NCBI GenBank assembly: GCA_001949185.1 | Contig: BDGG01000005.1 | Location: 1,415,249 to 1,479,248, forward strand | Direction: 5' to 3' | From: Ramazzottius varieornatus | Taxonomy: Eukaryota > Animalia > Tardigrada | Length of the DNA: 64,000 nucleotides | Part shown: positions 24,621 through 37,999 of the stretch, one piece after another | Numbering within the stretch: position 1 is the first letter of the stretch | Layout of the letters: every line of letters starts with the position of its first letter | Position numbers and translations under genes: made by a program | The notes under the pieces: generated by a model | Seen by the model: the letters and a program-made list of their open reading frames with translations, nothing else | The model's database searches: none | What the model was told of the DNA's origin: nothing

Positions 24621-26070
24621 AGTCAGAGCTGTGAAACAGAAGTCAAAATTCGTAACTTGTAGGAAATGTACGCAGGAGGATGGGGATTGTCAGTTAGCCA
24701 AGTATTCGCCAGTTTGGCGAGTTAGCAAAGTTGGGGTTTCCTCCTCGTACACATAATGAACGAGCCAGCGAGCGAGTTGAGGTGGGGAATGAAATTATCA
24801 ACCCCAGGTTATGTGTAATATTTCAGCGAACCAGCGGTGGCAAAGTGTGATGTCATTTCATCAACTACATACTATAAATCCGCAGCGACAGCTGCATTAA
24901 GTTAGTATGATAACTGCCACCATAAATTCAGAAATCTCTTTATGGCGCTTTTTCTCTCGAGAATCGAGATTCTGCTCGCTCTTTCATCATCCGACTCTTT
25001 TGCTCTGCTTGATTACCAGGTACCGGAGGAAAGCACAAGGAGAAAGCACCGAAAGAGGGACAAGCTTAAGACGAGGACGATACGCCAGGCCATAGCCCAG
25101 CCGAAGTAAGAAAGCGGCTTACGAGTTTATAATTTGATGCATATGACTGGTCATCCGTTTTTGAGTACGGATTAACGGCGATGGTGATGGCCAAAAGTTG
25201 GTCGGACGGAAGATCCATAGTTTGTTCAGAAAGCTAACGAACACGCCAAAATTCTGAAAAAGAAACCGCGTCGACACCATCTCGCCGTATTATCCTTCTG
25301 CGTACGTCATACGTTCCAGCGCGATACAACGCAATCCAACGCAAGAAGGTTCCTTAATTTCCTGCCCAATATATTCTCTCAACAACTGCCCGCCCCCTTT
25401 CCCTCAGCGAAAATTTCGTCGAGACCCTCGAGACCCTCGAGACCCTCACGACAATCTCTAACAGGGCACATCAACCCGGAAATGGTAGGTGTCATTTGGG
25501 CAAAAAGCCGCCCTAACACGGCCGTGCGCGTGATTCCCAGGTGATCCCCTGCTAGTCCACAATAAAACGGCGCAGCCGCTTGGCACTGCGCACTGTAATA
25601 GGTTCACCATCATTGGTCATAGCCACCCTGTGGTCTTCGTTTCTTTCATCGTATTTTCTGACCCTGAAGTCCTATTTCAAACACTCAAAAGCCAACCTCA
25701 AAAAAATTGGATTATCTGATGACGTGACAAGTCTAGTGTCTAGAGTCCAGAACATAAGGATCATTTTGACCCCCGCTCCCCGGTCAAGCGACGGATTGAC
25801 AGCCAAGCTTGAAATTCCTAAACGGCCAGACTGTAGCGAAAATATCGGTTTTCTGAATTCAGCAACAGAGATCTCCTGTAGAAAATTATCTACGATTAGG
25901 TAGTACTAATAGTTCTGACCACTAGGATGGCCGAGCAAAGAAGGTAAACCATCATGGAGCACAAATTCTTACTGCGTTGCGTCTAGTATTGGGCCACAAA
26001 ACCCACAAAATGTTTCTGAAATTGCGCACCCTTAAAATGGCCTTTGCGCTGCAGCTAACTTCGTGACACT

Positions 26071-26254
26071 CTAGAGATTACGAGCGAAAGCGCACTACCA
26101 CAATTTAAAGACACACAGGAACATCGTGACGTCATATGTAGACACAGTGCGACTGTTCTGACACAGCGCCTACGAGACGAACCTGTCCCTGTGATGTCAC
26201 GATGTTCCTGTGCTTACTGAATTGTGCTAGCGCACTTTCGCTCGTAATCCCTAT
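26071..26254. mobile_element. ~180-bp MITE, family A copy 1
   Basis: TIR gattacgagcgaaagcgcacta / tagcgcactttcgctcgtaatc; related copies at 41880-42060 and 50608-50778. Confidence 0.8.
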
Positions 26255-28103
26255 ACTGTTTTGGTGCGGCGAGAATCGGTAACAGTGCGCCCGTGGTGGC
26301 TACCGTGCCGACGGTGTCAAGCTGAGTCCCGGTTCCTTTCGGCTAGATGATTAATGGATGGACCATGTATGATTGAACCTGGCGTCATTGTTGCTCCTTG
26401 CTCCGTACTTGGTTTAGTCCTGCATGGCCCATATACGACAGAAGTACTTTTATTAAACGGGCTCGAGATACAATCCATATACGAACCGACCGGGATCATG
26501 AAACTATGATCGAACCATGGCTCAACCATGGATTGATTCAGGGACAGTGAGGGACTTGGAAACCGGGATTTTTCTACCGGGAAATCATGGCAGAACCAAG
26601 AATTTACCACTTCGACTGCAGTCGCACAGAAAATCAAGTTTCAACGGGTGGAAATACCTTGTCTAAAGTTATTTCCGAACTTGAGAGCAGAATATAAAAC
26701 GCCAACGAAAAGTGAATCCAGAGGAGATACTATTCGAGAAAGAAAGGCAGCAAAAGACAGACTCAAGCCAGCGAGAGAAGTCGAGACCGAAAGAACGGTA
26801 GCGCATGCGCTGCAACACCCGTTGTTCCACTTGCATCGAGGCCTCCTTCCCAGCCTACAAAATAACAGAAGATCTATCGATTACGGAGCCTAACGACGAA
26901 AGAACAACATATAAATCCATTTTTCAAGCAGGAGATTCAGAACAGATATAACGCTTGCGTTGTGCAAGTGAGCAGAAGTTTGCTTACCCGTGAAGTATCG
27001 AGCCAATGCCCGGTAGTTCTTTGAATGATCTACCGTCCTAGGAATGTTCAGCTCCTGTTACTTCCAATGGACCCAGTCAACTCCTATGAAAACAAACTGC
27101 ATTAACGGCGAAACTGATGTACAGTCCACTCGTTCGAGATGTGTTACCTAAGTATTCGTACCGTCAGCCAAACTTTTACTGTACAGCTTGCCAAACACAG
27201 AAGAAAGTGACGTCAAGACTTCACCGACAATCAAATAGCAGGAAAATCAACTACTTACTTTCTGCCATATGAAACGCTTCAGATTTACGAAAGCAGTTTC
27301 GAATAGTCGACTCGTCAACTTCCGATCATCCTTTCATGATCCATTTGACAGAATGTAAAATCGTAAGAGAATTTTCATACAAGATTGTCAAAGCTATTCC
27401 TGTTTTCTCGACGGTGATCGACGCCATTTCGGTGACAGGCACGTCGAGATATGTGGTTAGAGCGGTATGTCGGTTGCAGAGCTTCGCCGGAAGAGGGTCT
27501 CGTTGTTTAGCTCTTATCCATAAGATGGGTTCCATCTTATCCGTAAGATGTGCTCGTGTTTGAAACAAAGCCACAGTCCGTCCTGATCTAGCTCTCAGTT
27601 AATTGACTGGGAAGATGATAGGAGAACAAGAAATGTTCGCTCTTCGAGCAAACAAACGGAAAGTAAACGCAACAGGTCGCTTCTGTTCCACTGCTCATGT
27701 GCACCAGTGAACAAACAATCAAAACTCGCCATGGCGGGCCCTCTTATGTTTACGAGAATTTTGCAGCTTTGAATTCGAAGAATTAGGTAACACATCTCAA
27801 ACGAGTGGACTGCAATTCCGTACGACCACGCATCAGCCGCCGTTCGCGACAGTTCTCACAGCAATTTCAACCTGACAGCCAGCACTCACCAAAAGTCCAG
27901 CATCCATAGAGTGCGTTTCTTTTAGTATTATAGAACTGAAACAAGCGTATGCGCTAGAACGACGGAGAATGGAGAATTATCTGAGGAAGTCAGAGGAGAA
28001 GATCTGGAAGAATCCACTGCTAAATTCAGACAACATTCACCGAAGTTACTACGCAATCAAGAATCAACCGTACCAGGGTGACACCAGATTGACTAGAATT
28101 CCG

Positions 28104-28136
28104 CTGCTGCTGCTGCTACTGCTGCTGCTGCTGCTG
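28104..28136. repeat. (CTG)11 microsatellite with one CTA interruption
   Basis: Read directly from the sequence. Confidence 0.95.
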
Positions 28137-29844
28137 ACGGGTGTTTCAATAAATCTCCGGCAAGTTAAGACGGCTGGTGCCGCCTCCTGCCTTTCACAGT
28201 TTGTCGTCGGGAGCAGCGTGATAAAAACAGTCTGTAATCTCAAAACGCAGGACGTGGCTCAACGCGCCTTGTGTTACAGTGGGTGGTCTAACGTCATACG
28301 TCTAAGAGCCGCGTTTTAGGACAGTCATACTCGCGTCCTTCCACTTCTCGATTCTATCCCAATAGTCAGATATTGCGGGAAAGCTGCGGTTATACTGGAT
28401 TCGAAAGCTAGAAAAACCACACAGCAGTCAAAGCGGGGGTTGACATGAGCGCATGCGCTTCAGATTCTTCGTAAACGTGAAGGACAAACGACTGACTTAC
28501 CTTGGGAATTACCGACGAAAGTTGCCAGTTCTCTCTGGAGACTCTGAGTACAGAATCTAATGTCCCAGTCGGACAATCCGAATCCAAAGAGTTCACAAGC
28601 TTACGTCCATGAGTTACTCCGCATGATGTGATAGTTGTACCTGAGCAACTAAGTCAATAGACACTGTGGGAAGAATAAAACAAGCTTTGAGCACCAGTGA
28701 GCGATATTTTGCGTAAAGTCAAGAAAGTGGCGAAACCAGGCTCCAGTTATGGAGCGGCTATGGATCGCACAGGGCGACACTGAACGGAGCTGGGCACCAG
28801 GCTCCAAATATGACCGAACCGTGCTGCAACTACGGTTCGTGGTTTACGAACCGGGCAAATCGGTCTCAAACGAAACGGGAGTAGAGTTTGCGAGAAAAAG
28901 TTCTGGTCGCTCGGACCAAGCGGCGCGTTTTTTTCATTTGAGATACCTGAAAGCTCGAACAATCTGATCGTTCGCTGAAATTTCGACAAGCTAAAACTTA
29001 ATTTTGGAGATTCTCCGTGTGCAAGCTGCACCCTGCTTCACCACATATTTTTCGGGCGTAATATTGAATACACATCGTCGATTAATCAATATAGCGATGC
29101 AATCCTGCTTGAAGAAGTGATCAGTTATCAGGTGGGAAAGTACGACTTGTGAGATATTTTCGGACAACAACTTCAAAATCTCCTCCCGTTTGGCCCTAGT
29201 TTAACCTTCCAAACTTTTCGCAAATGAATCTGCCATCGATCGATTCCCGCATCTGCTCCAAACCATTCAATGCACAGATGCTTGGTGAGTTGTAAGGTCG
29301 GTTTAATAGAGGTAGAGTTCTTGTCAAAATCCCGGCAGATTCGAAAAACAACTATTTTGAGCGCTCAAATTACTTTGAAAATGTATTGGTATCTCCAAAC
29401 CTTAGTGCGTTGAATGCTTTCTTGAAAGCGTTGCGCAGTATCCCTGAAGAGCTTTGCCGCCGAAGCTTTCCTAACATTCTTTCGTGTATTCTGAGAGCAG
29501 GAACAGCTTGACTCAAATCAGCTTTGACTGAGCAACATAAAACCCGGGGATGATATGTTTTGCACTCAATCCGGTTAATCCGGTTCCGCAAGGAAAAATT
29601 AGAAAACGGCGGATAACTTCCTGATGAGAGTTCGAATTCAGCGTTTTCTCCCGGTTCTTAATGGAGCTGTCTTGAGCCTTGCTGTGAAGGAATGCGGGGA
29701 AATTGAGAATCAAGTTTGTGAGAACATTTTTAATGGGTTCCCCCCAAACCAGACAAGTCATACTTTCCCAACTGATAGAACTTAACGATGATTCTAGGTT
29801 CGATGATTCTAGGTTGTCACCTGTCAGAGCATTATATTCGAAAA

Positions 29845-31854
29845 CTATATCTGGGCTCTTGGTGGTTTCGCGACTGGTGCTAAAACCGAAACTAAACTTA
29901 ACATTGCTGTGACTAGTTGGATTCGTTGTTCATTTCCAGCATTGGCTGACATTGAGTTCGGGTTTGCTGAATCATCAGCAGACGGGCGGTCAGCTCGCTG
30001 CGGTAGGTCTTCAGGTATCGGTATGAGTCCGGTGAACGGCTTTCTCGACGTTTCACTGCTGCCAGATGCTTCAGAAGCAGAAGCCTTCAAGACAACGTAT
30101 TGCTTTCCGCTGAAATGTTTTGCCGAGTCGGTCTTGTTACTCGTGAGTACACCGAAATAGAGTCCTTTATCGTCCAGAACCATCTTGTCATAGACGTTAC
30201 AGAGGTCGGTCGAACAACCACAACTGTATAGTGAAAGGTCTTTGTTGGGGTGAGGATAACATTCACCATCTTTGTGGCTATCTGTCATGACGAAACAGCT
30301 GCGAGTGCTGTGGGTGTCGTCAGGATGACCGAGAGCAGGAACCGCCGCATAGCAAGATGGAGGACCATTATCTTCACTGCAGTTTTGGATATATGGCGTC
30401 AGCTCGCTCGTGTCTTTAAACTTGTAACAAGGTGGTTGGTTACGCTGGCTGCGGTTCGCGTACACCCACAAATCGATATCTGCGGGATGTCCAGCGTAGT
30501 TGTCACAGACGAAGCACCGGATGCCTGTTTTACATCAGAAAGTAAGCTTTCTCTCGCCATGACAAACAGTTGACTAGCTCTGATGAATAATTCAGCCAGG
30601 AATTCCGAAGTTGAGAAGTAAACGCACTTCTTGCCCTACCAAAGACGTCCTAAGCGTTGAACAACGTTAAAAAATTTTACAATGCATTGTCCTAAATGCT
30701 ACAAGAAGAAAATCGCGGAGTTGTCCATGTAAAATCGCATTGCGAAGTTGCTCATTATGAAAAAGTCTCACGCAAGCGTATAAGGTAACTTGACCGGTTA
30801 GAATCAGCTGTTTTTCGAACAGATTTTTTATCAATAACACTGATGACAGTCCTCCCGAGTCTCCCCCCGCCAAGTGAGTATCTTCAACAAATTTGCTCTT
30901 CCTTCGTACCTCTTGTTTATTGACACTTACGGAACCGCGTATTGTGCGCTCGGTTTGACACACTGGGTCAAATTTGAACCACTTTCTAACTGGTAGAACG
31001 AGAGGGGCGGACACTTGATCCACCAATGACCGCGAAAAGGAAGGATATACGGTGCGCGACATGATCCGTGTAACTCCCATTTTTTTGTAACGGTATGATT
31101 CTTTTCCATAGTCAACCAGCACCGATACAAAATCTGACCGATGCACTCGAGGAACAATGTGCTTCTGCATCTTTAGATGTTTTTTTGGAGTGGAATTTTC
31201 ACTTTCTTACAAAATATACTAATTCTTAAAGATAGAGGCAACAACGACCATCACCTCAAATTTTAATTTTCAAGGGTGTATCGACCAACGGCTAACTCAC
31301 TCCGCCGCACAGGTAAGTGTTTTGGTGTGCAATGTAAAAAAATGACCCCCGCTGATTTGACGAAAATAAAGCCTACACAGCAGGCCTTCAAAATCATTTT
31401 CGTGTCGGTTTTGACTCAGTGGTCCCGTAAGTGTTAAATAGCTCGACAGGTTTTTCTGTCAGCAAAATCAAGCGTAGCAGCCTTGTAAACGAGGATAAAA
31501 TTCAGGATGAGCAACTCCGCCATGCGATTTTATATGGACAACTTCGCTGTTTTCCCTGTATCTATTTCACCAGTGAATGAACGGAAATCAGTCAGAAGAC
31601 ACCGGCAAAAGCAAAAATGATCGACCAATTTTTGATCGGTAAATGGGTCTGAATACTAGACCTCCGCAACTTCGATTTCTAATTGCCGTGAAAGAAAGCT
31701 CTCGCCTCACATCAGGTAACGTTACAAGCCGCTTTATTTCTGTACCTGCTGCAGTGAAGTCCGTCAGGATTTGCGATAAAGCGGTGAGCACTAGCAATAA
31801 ATATGCAAAGACCTGTTGAAGCGACACACGAGCAACAACAAACAGTGGAATCAT
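29845..31854 (-). CDS. Ly6/uPAR three-finger protein, signal peptide plus probable GPI/hydrophobic tail; exons 31854-31746 and 30524-29845
   Basis: Exon 1 MIPLFVVARVSLQQVFAYLLLVLTALSQILTDFTAA-G joins in phase 1 to IRCFVC...C...C...CYA...RSC...C...YSCGCSTDLCN. The C-terminus is IQLVTAMLSLVSVLAP. Confidence 0.8.
30708..31553. mobile_element. MITE-like element in the Ly6 intron
   Basis: ~48-bp imperfect TIR agttgtccatgtaaaatcgcat.gcg.agttgctcat and its reverse complement at ~31508-31553. Confidence 0.65.
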
Positions 31855-33170
31855 CACTGTGAAATGAGTTTCGGAGTACAACTTTCACCACTAAGTTTTG
31901 TTGAAGAGCGGATCATTGGTTAGATCACTGACACCTCTAAAACTTGCTGCCGGCACCAGCCTTTTCAGAGCTGTATCCAGATAGTAGATACCGGCAATGA
32001 CTTTCTACCTTGAGTCAACATTTTTCACATCAGTCGTCCAAATTCCGTTGCCAGGAACTTCTGAAAGTTCATCGTCCCAATCGTAATGTAATTGACAGTC
32101 CTTATTTGACAAATTCTTATTTGAATTTTACTTCTATTTAATTAAAAGAGTGTGACTATTGTCACCGCGCAAACCGCCTAGAAGTCTAACGCAACCGTCT
32201 TGGTAGCATGCCTAACCGACCAATTCATGACTGGAAAGGCTGATCTAATGTTTCTCTGTTGCTACATATTGCGTGTCCTTCCCCTTTGTCAGATTTAAAA
32301 AACCACAATTAAAGGCAGTGACGACAGCTTTGAGGCGGTGTGGAATTAGTTAGTCAAATTCTGAAAAGAGGCGGTGGCTTTAGGCTTTAGGCGGTGAAGA
32401 CGGTGGCAATAGCCATTTAAGCGGTTTGGGCTGTGACTAGCCATTTCCTAATCAAACTCCCTAGAATTACCAATTTTATTGAACCAACCGTTAAACCACG
32501 GAACTAAAACTTTCACTTAATCAAAATTAGTAAGAAGTTCTAATTAAAATTAGTTTTACTTTAATGAACTGAATACCTTTTCTCTAGTTTTGCTACATGA
32601 AATAACGGAAAAATCTGTACAGAAATGGTATTTGGACCCTAGTTTAACCCCAGCTGCGCACTCGTTTCGTTATTTCACCATGCACTGCCCATTTTGCAAA
32701 TCTTTATCACGTGCACCTGCGTACATTCACTCGTCAAATATCGTGTACGGTTCAGTCTCCATGTGAACATTTGGTGTATGTATTTGCCCGAGGCGTTGTA
32801 TAAAGACTGCTCAGCACTTGAACTGCTAACGAAAACGAGTTTACTAGATCTTCTGTTAGAGTTTTGATTATCCCTTTTACTACATCGAGACAAAGAATTT
32901 TTTGATTAGTTACTTTTGCTTAGTAAAAGACGCAGGGCTAAATTGGTAATTTTAACTGGCCTAGTAAAACTCGAAAACCTCGATTTTGAAGGAGTTTTAC
33001 TTCCACTTCTACTAATCAAAACAACACTGTTATTTGTGGCTTCAATTACAGACTTCATTCGCCGTATGAAGTTCGTTTCATGACCCTAGCATTCCTAGAA
33101 GTTGCAGTCGAATTCACCTCTGCTTGAAAATAATGTTGCCGTAGTTCGACTTGGTTTGACTTAGTTCGAC

Positions 33171-33813
33171 TTACAAAGGAACGGAGGTGATCGTCGGCGC
33201 CTGAACCTCTTCCGACTTTTTCTGTCGAAACTACTCGGTCCTAGCTACTGTATGAGGGTACTCTGAACGGCCACCGCGCATCTTTCGGCCAGGGAGAAAA
33301 TTTTGAATGCGTGGAACCCTCTAGAAACCATTGTGGGACCCATGACTTCTCGACGTCTACTGGTTCTCGTATCGTTCGAAACATAACGTCTTCAGCAACG
33401 AAAATGCATCAAAGGAACTGGTAAACATTTCTGCTGTTTCAGATTTTTGCGAAACAAAAATTTTCGTTTTCGTCGGAGTTTTCGTGATGGACTACTCATC
33501 AATCGAAAGTTGGAGAAATCGAAAAACTGTGTTTCGCTAACCGGAAACAGCAGAAGTGCTCACCATTTCAACCGATGCATTTTTGTTGCTGGAGACGTTA
33601 TGCTGAGGACGGTACGAGAACCAGTAGACGTCGAGAAGTCAGCGTCCTACAGTAGTTTCGAGAGGGTTCCACCCATTCAGAATTTTCTCCTTGGCCAAAA
33701 GGTGCTCGGTGGCAGTTCAGAGTACCCTCAAACGGTAGCTAGGACCGAGTACTTTCGAAAGAAAAAGTCGGAAGAAGTTCAAGCGCCGAGGGCCACCTCC
33801 GTTCCCTTGTTAA
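33171..33813. mobile_element. Foldback element with ~300-bp imperfect inverted arms
   Basis: ~33173-33470 mirrors ~33515-33810 (e.g. gacttctcgacgtctactggttctcgta / tacgagaaccagtagacgtcgagaagtc). Confidence 0.85.
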
Positions 33814-33902
33814 CTCGACTAACCGCGTAAGTCGTTTTGCATTTCGGTCAACCATTTTGCAAAACGAGTTTTGACATTAGTCCTCCTCACGAGAGGCCGT
33901 AA

Positions 33903-33953
33903 GTTTCGCTTTCAAGATAAGCAGCTCTCGAGTAGCTTATCTTGAAAGCGAAA
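33903..33953. repeat. Short near-perfect hairpin
   Basis: tttcgctttcaagataagc ... gcttatcttgaaagcgaaa. Confidence 0.85.
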
Positions 33954-35020
33954 ACGGATTATTCTCTGCACACTTGACTCAAAATTTCAAATTTCCACTT
34001 CTCAGCTGATCTCTGTCTGCACAGTGCTTGAAGTTGCGAGATACCGTTTCGCTTATGGGCTTCTTGTTACCTATTAGTGTCGGAGATATCGGAAGACAGA
34101 GACTAGCCAGAGAGAAAACCATGAGTTTCAACGAACTAAACTACGAGGTAAACGACATAATTTCGGCACATCGATTTTCGCATCATAATTGAAGTTCAGC
34201 GAAAAGCTTGAACATCATCCACAACGCTTGATTCATCTTTCACCGTACGGCTGTGGGAACAACTTTAGGCTTTTTAACATTGGACTGACCCATCAGTCTT
34301 CCAAGACAGATTCCTTTGGGGTACAATGCGTTGTCGTTCTCGTACTCGCTAAGACCTCGAACAGAGAGATCGATCCACCTCAGGAAACAAGAAGCGGTGA
34401 TTACAGGCAACATGAGCGGAGAAAATATATGCCCGAATTATGTCTTTTACCTCGTACGCAGTGATCCAAACTCTGTTTAACAACTATTCTACCAGGGGGT
34501 GAAACTCACTTCCGTGGTGCAGGGTGATCTGACCGTAAAAAGCTTTCGGACGATCATCTTCGATTGATACCTTTTGCATTACCCGGAGAATCAAATTATA
34601 CTAAAATCCAAGCGACGACCATTGGCTAGCGCTTCTGGGGACCCGGATGTTGATCTCCGTTCGCGTCTACTATCCATATGACCAGCCGCCAGGGTAGTAA
34701 TTTTTTGGGAACCCCCTGCTTCACACAAAGTTTCTAAAAAACCAAGACTTGCGCCAAGATACTGTACGAGGTACAGTATAGTGAAAAACATATCGGCTTT
34801 TCGCACTGCCTGAATTATGATGGGAAAATTGGCCCGCCCGAATGGTGAAGTTTACTTCGAACGCTATCGCACGCGCGAAAATTACCCGCAAGTAAAGCAA
34901 TATGAGGTTTCAAACTTCGATGATTGTTTGATAATCCCCTCATTCTGTACGGTAACATCAAACTCATAAATTCTATCCACATTCATGGTTCTTGTAACTC
35001 TCTGGTGAATTCTCGCTGTT

Positions 35021-35400
35021 ATGCATTCGTTGGGAAGAATTAGAAAGCGGAAGACGTATGGAGACGAAGAAGCGAAGCGTACTGTTGAGTCATTCCGGAA
35101 CTCTGGAAAGCTTTTGAACAAGTTTTCAAAAGAACACAGGATTCCAGAGTCTACGCTTCGAGGATGGCTGTAAGTGTCTTTTATTCTCTGGCTCAACATT
35201 TATCGTTACGAGGGCTTCTTCTTTCAGACAAAATCTACCAGCAAAGATCAAAGGTATCGGAAAGATCAAGTATCAGAACCACTCTACATGCTAGCTGACG
35301 AGTATGTTCAAGATCTTAACTGCACTTCAGATTGCAGTGGAAGACAGCTGATCTGGATGTTAGATATTCCAACGATAGCAGGATTTATGATGGATTCTTG
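35021..35400 (+). pseudogene. Helix-turn-helix (psq/CENP-B-like) fragment, possible pogo/Tigger remnant
   Basis: RKTYGDEEAKRTVESFRNSGKLLNKFSKEHRIPESTLRGWL, followed by a GTAAGT donor; the next exon is disrupted. Confidence 0.4.
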
Positions 35401-36360
35401 ATTGGCCAGAGTGTGTGAAACCAGTGCCTGACGGGCAAAATTCACGCGATTGATGGCGTGCTTCGCGAAGTTTAACACTTGCAGTACCAAGGGGTGCAAA
35501 TGATCCCAGTGCCGCAATTCTTGGCAGAGTACGGGCTTCATATCAAGCGCATCAGCTTAAGATTTTTTGCTTTGCCCGGACAATATCCTCATCCATCTGG
35601 TGAAGCATAGTGACCGCTGGCTAGACAAACCAGAAACCTCCAGCAATAAATAGTTCGAGGAGGGAAGATTCTGTCTCCTTCCCTTAGGAAATTTTCCTAA
35701 TTTTTATCATACTGTGGAATTCCTCTCCAGTTCATGAAGAAGAGAAATGTATTCTCTCTTGCGTGTTGTGGGCAGACTGGACCAGCGGAGTCTGCTGATC
35801 GCACGAAAAAATTCAAACTTACCACTGACGAGGAGCTGTTACCCGATCAGCTGGCGCAAGGTATCTCCGCCTCGTTTTACGTCACTCAAACCACGCATTC
35901 TGCTACTGACCGATTTGAGCCCCACCCCCTCTTTTCAACCAGTTAAAGTCCCCGGGATCGTTTGAACCCCCTGACTTTATTCCGACAGAACACGTGGTAC
36001 TGGACGTGTCACGAAGCATTACGGTACCATAACCATTGCACCTTTCCCAACAGCTTTTGTCTCGATAAGGTTCGCGCAGTCCTCAGAAAAGAATCTGATT
36101 GTTCGTTTTGTCGATCCGGCAAGTGGCGCACTTCCGCCTGATTTTCCAAATTTTGGCCAATCGAGAAGGCGGTAACTGGATCCTTGGTCCAATGTGGCAG
36201 TGATTTTTGAAACCTAAAATTATTCAAAATTAAAAATTATCTAAAAGAATTTCACCACGCTCCGGCCCCTAGGCCGTTCGGCGTGGGACGTCACTCACAG
36301 GCAGAGAGTGGACCAACCGACGATAATTCGTCCACTTGACAGAAGATGTTTATCGTACCG

Positions 36361-37307
36361 CAGTTGTATTTATTTACACTCTACAGTAAAATCAATTTAT
36401 TGTTTTCTTCAGTTACAGGTTTACTCCCGAGAGTTAAACTAAGAGTAAAACTGAATGTCGAGAGTAAAACTGTAACTTTCAGGAGTCAAATGCGAAAGCT
36501 GGGAGTGAACTAAAATGCTTGAAAGTAAACAAAAATTCCGAGAGGAAAAGTCAAAAGCCAAAGACTAAGATGTCAACGCTGAGACTGAAATTCAGAATCA
36601 TAAGAGTAAAACTAATCTGCAAAACGAAAACTAGAATTCTCGGGAGTAAAAGAAGGAAGCAAGATCGAAGTCCTCCTTTCACACACCAGAGCCCCAGCAA
36701 ATCCATAACAAATCGGTCCACCATAATACAACGGCCAAACCGTAAAGGCCCCGTGACAACTTTACCACTGCACTGGTCCTCATACCGTCGTTCAGTTCGG
36801 CAACAAAATGCCGGCAGATCAGCTTACGAAGTCATTCGCTGTTTCATATGTCCGAGAAGTAATTCGGTGCCATAGTCCGATGAATGGACCGTAAACTCGG
36901 AACATTGAAACTTTCAAGAGCAACAAAGTTTTGCAAATAGTAAGACCGTGCGTGAAGTTCAGTTAGGTCTTGGAAGTAAGCTACCGTTTTGAAAAACATG
37001 GGGTTTTGTAAATACTGAAACTCTGGTGCTTCAAACTGAAACTTGAAGTCAGGACTAGACAAGGTTCACATTTAAAAGACTAAAATTTTCGTGAAAACAA
37101 TTCAATCTAAATCGTTCGGAACTGAAACTAAACCTAGGGACTGGAATTAAAATTTGCAACACTGAAATGATTTTAAAAAGAGTAAAACTAAATTGCTCGG
37201 TAGTAAAACTACATTGTGAGAACTGAAACAGTGAACCATGGTAGTGAATTTTTTTACTCTGCGTGAAACTGTAACTAAATCTGGGAGTAAAACTAAATAC
37301 AACACTG
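36361..37307. mobile_element. hAT-type non-autonomous element related to 5581-5920
   Basis: Right end actaaatacaacactg, degenerate left end cagttgtattta; many gagtaaaact subterminal repeats; TSD tcgtaccg / gcgta[insertion]ccg. Confidence 0.6.
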
Positions 37308-37312
37308 GCGTA

Positions 37313-37552
37313 CAGGAGGAGTAAGCATGTGTGACCCAGTAGTCTCAGACGGCGTGACATGTATCAAGTATGCCTTACGTTAACAGAAACACTTTTTATG
37401 TAAGATAGACAACACTGTAATTCAAAATTGTAATTCGTTACGTCATAGGCTTTATTTTAATTACGAGTGTCTCATGATTTTCTATGGATGCGCCGTCTGA
37501 GACTACTGGGTCACACATTTCCTCACTGGGTCACACATGCTTACTCCTCCTG
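37313..37552. mobile_element. Tc1/mariner-type MITE
   Basis: TA flanks; 28-bp TIR caggaggagtaagcatgtgtgacccagt / actgggtcacacatgcttactcctcctg. Confidence 0.85.
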
Positions 37553-37559
37553 TACCGGT

Positions 37560-37999
37560 AATTAGGCACGATATCAGCCGATATCGTATCGAAAGATATC
37601 GATTATATTTCGATATATCGTTATTGCAAATTTGCGGATTTCGTGACATCAGAAGATGCAAAATTTGTAGGTTTCGAGGACCAAACCGGCAAATTCTGAG
37701 CTTTTGGAGTGTTTCGTGACATATTCAGTTTAAAGTTCAGTCTGTCTGAGGAGCGTTTCGCTCCCAAGGCCTCAAATCGATCGGCCTACTGATGAGACAG
37801 GGTTTTCCGGCACAGCGGGAACAATGTTCAACATATCGATATATTGCTGCGACAAAATTCGATAAATCGAGAGTACGATATCCAAAAATATCGCATCGGA
37901 AATATCGATATCTGACAGATATCGAAAAGTGCGATACGATATCGGCAAATATTTTATCGAAAGTATCGTATCGTATTTGATCGTATTTTTGCCAGCACT
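37560..37999. mobile_element. Partial GATATCG-rich hAT-type MITE related to 43727-44376
   Basis: Dense gatatcg/cgatat motifs; right end tatttttgccagcactg. Confidence 0.55.

Larger units (their letters stand above)
21549..24742. mobile_element. Two-gene PIF/Harbinger transposon (ends approximate)
   Basis: Convergent DDE transposase and Myb/SANT-like genes; only weak candidate TIRs (agggaagttcgaactttt / aaagttggggtttcct). Confidence 0.7.

Noticed and set aside
24900-28320. Possible multi-exon gene, including the poly-Leu ORF 27969-28319
   Set aside because: No consistent exon chain or homology; the poly-Leu comes from a CTG microsatellite
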